This document shows, piece after piece, positions 34,530 through 34,714 of a DNA stretch of 34,714 nucleotides. The stretch is taken from NCBI GenBank assembly GCA_035389045.1, contig DAOORA010000050.1:1-34714 (forward strand). The letters are read 5' to 3'. The translations under genes and the position numbers were made by a program. Below the pieces are notes generated by a model that saw nothing but the letters and a program-made list of their open reading frames with translations, made no database searches and was not told the DNA's origin. The stretch comes from Bacteroidales bacterium. Lineage in GTDB: Bacteria; Bacteroidota; Bacteroidia; Bacteroidales; CAIWKO01. How positions within the stretch are numbered: the stretch's first letter is position 1; each line of letters starts with the position of its first letter.

Positions 34530-34667
34530 ATGGATACAAAAGTTCAGGTTAAAGATTTGGCTAAATTTAATGGAGTTCTGCGAAGTATTAATATAACTGA
34601 TTGGACAAAGGAACGTGAAGAAAGACATATAGAAATATTAGCTAAAAGGAAGATATTTAATACATAA
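34530..34667 (+). CDS. Possible 45-aa small protein or gene remnant (MDTKVQVKDLAKF...)
   Basis: 3' part of the 106-aa track ORF, with an ATG preceded by an A-rich stretch. No recognisable family. Confidence 0.25.
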   Translation: MDTKVQVKDLAKFNGVLRSINITDWTKEREERHIEILAKRKIFNT

Positions 34668-34674
34668 TATAATT

Positions 34675-34714
34675 ATGAGTCTTTTGGACAATAATATTAG
34701 GCTTGCTGCTTTTG
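34675..34714 (+). CDS. Start of a gene truncated by the window edge (MSLLDNNIRLAAF...); possibly an HNH/restriction-type endonuclease
   Basis: ATG at 34675 after AT-rich sequence, open to the edge. D..IRLAAF resembles N-termini I recall for putative HNH endonucleases, but only 13 codons are visible. Confidence 0.3.
   Translation, partial: MSLLDNNIRLAAF

Overview
AT-rich bacterial DNA, most likely Bacteroidota: it has type IX secretion (T9SS) C-terminal domains, signal peptides ending just before Gln, and TAnnTTTG-type promoters. About 32.6 kb is one tightly packed minus-strand cluster of 10 exported-protein genes. In transcription order: (1) a 4660-aa modular adhesin-like protein ending in dockerin, cohesin-like and T9SS domains; (2) a 1949-aa protein with an N-terminal cohesin, 10 CARDB repeats and no T9SS signal; (3-4) an HExxH metallopeptidase-like protein plus an unrelated partner gene; (5-6) a paralogous HExxH protein with a diverged C-terminus plus a different partner gene; (7) a third, orphan helical protein; (8) a 1010-aa SprB/'DPN' protein ending in dockerin, cohesin-like and T9SS domains; (9) a 344-aa cohesin-Ig-T9SS protein; (10) a cohesin protein with 255-bp tandem repeats that runs off the left edge and is missing from the ORF track. 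A divergent FISUMP lipoprotein gene and a more AT-rich tail follow. Main hypothesis: a non-cellulolytic, T9SS-linked cohesin-dockerin surface assembly carrying polymorphic metallopeptidase effector/immunity-like cassettes. All domain calls are motif recognition by eye, not database searches, and domain boundaries are approximate.
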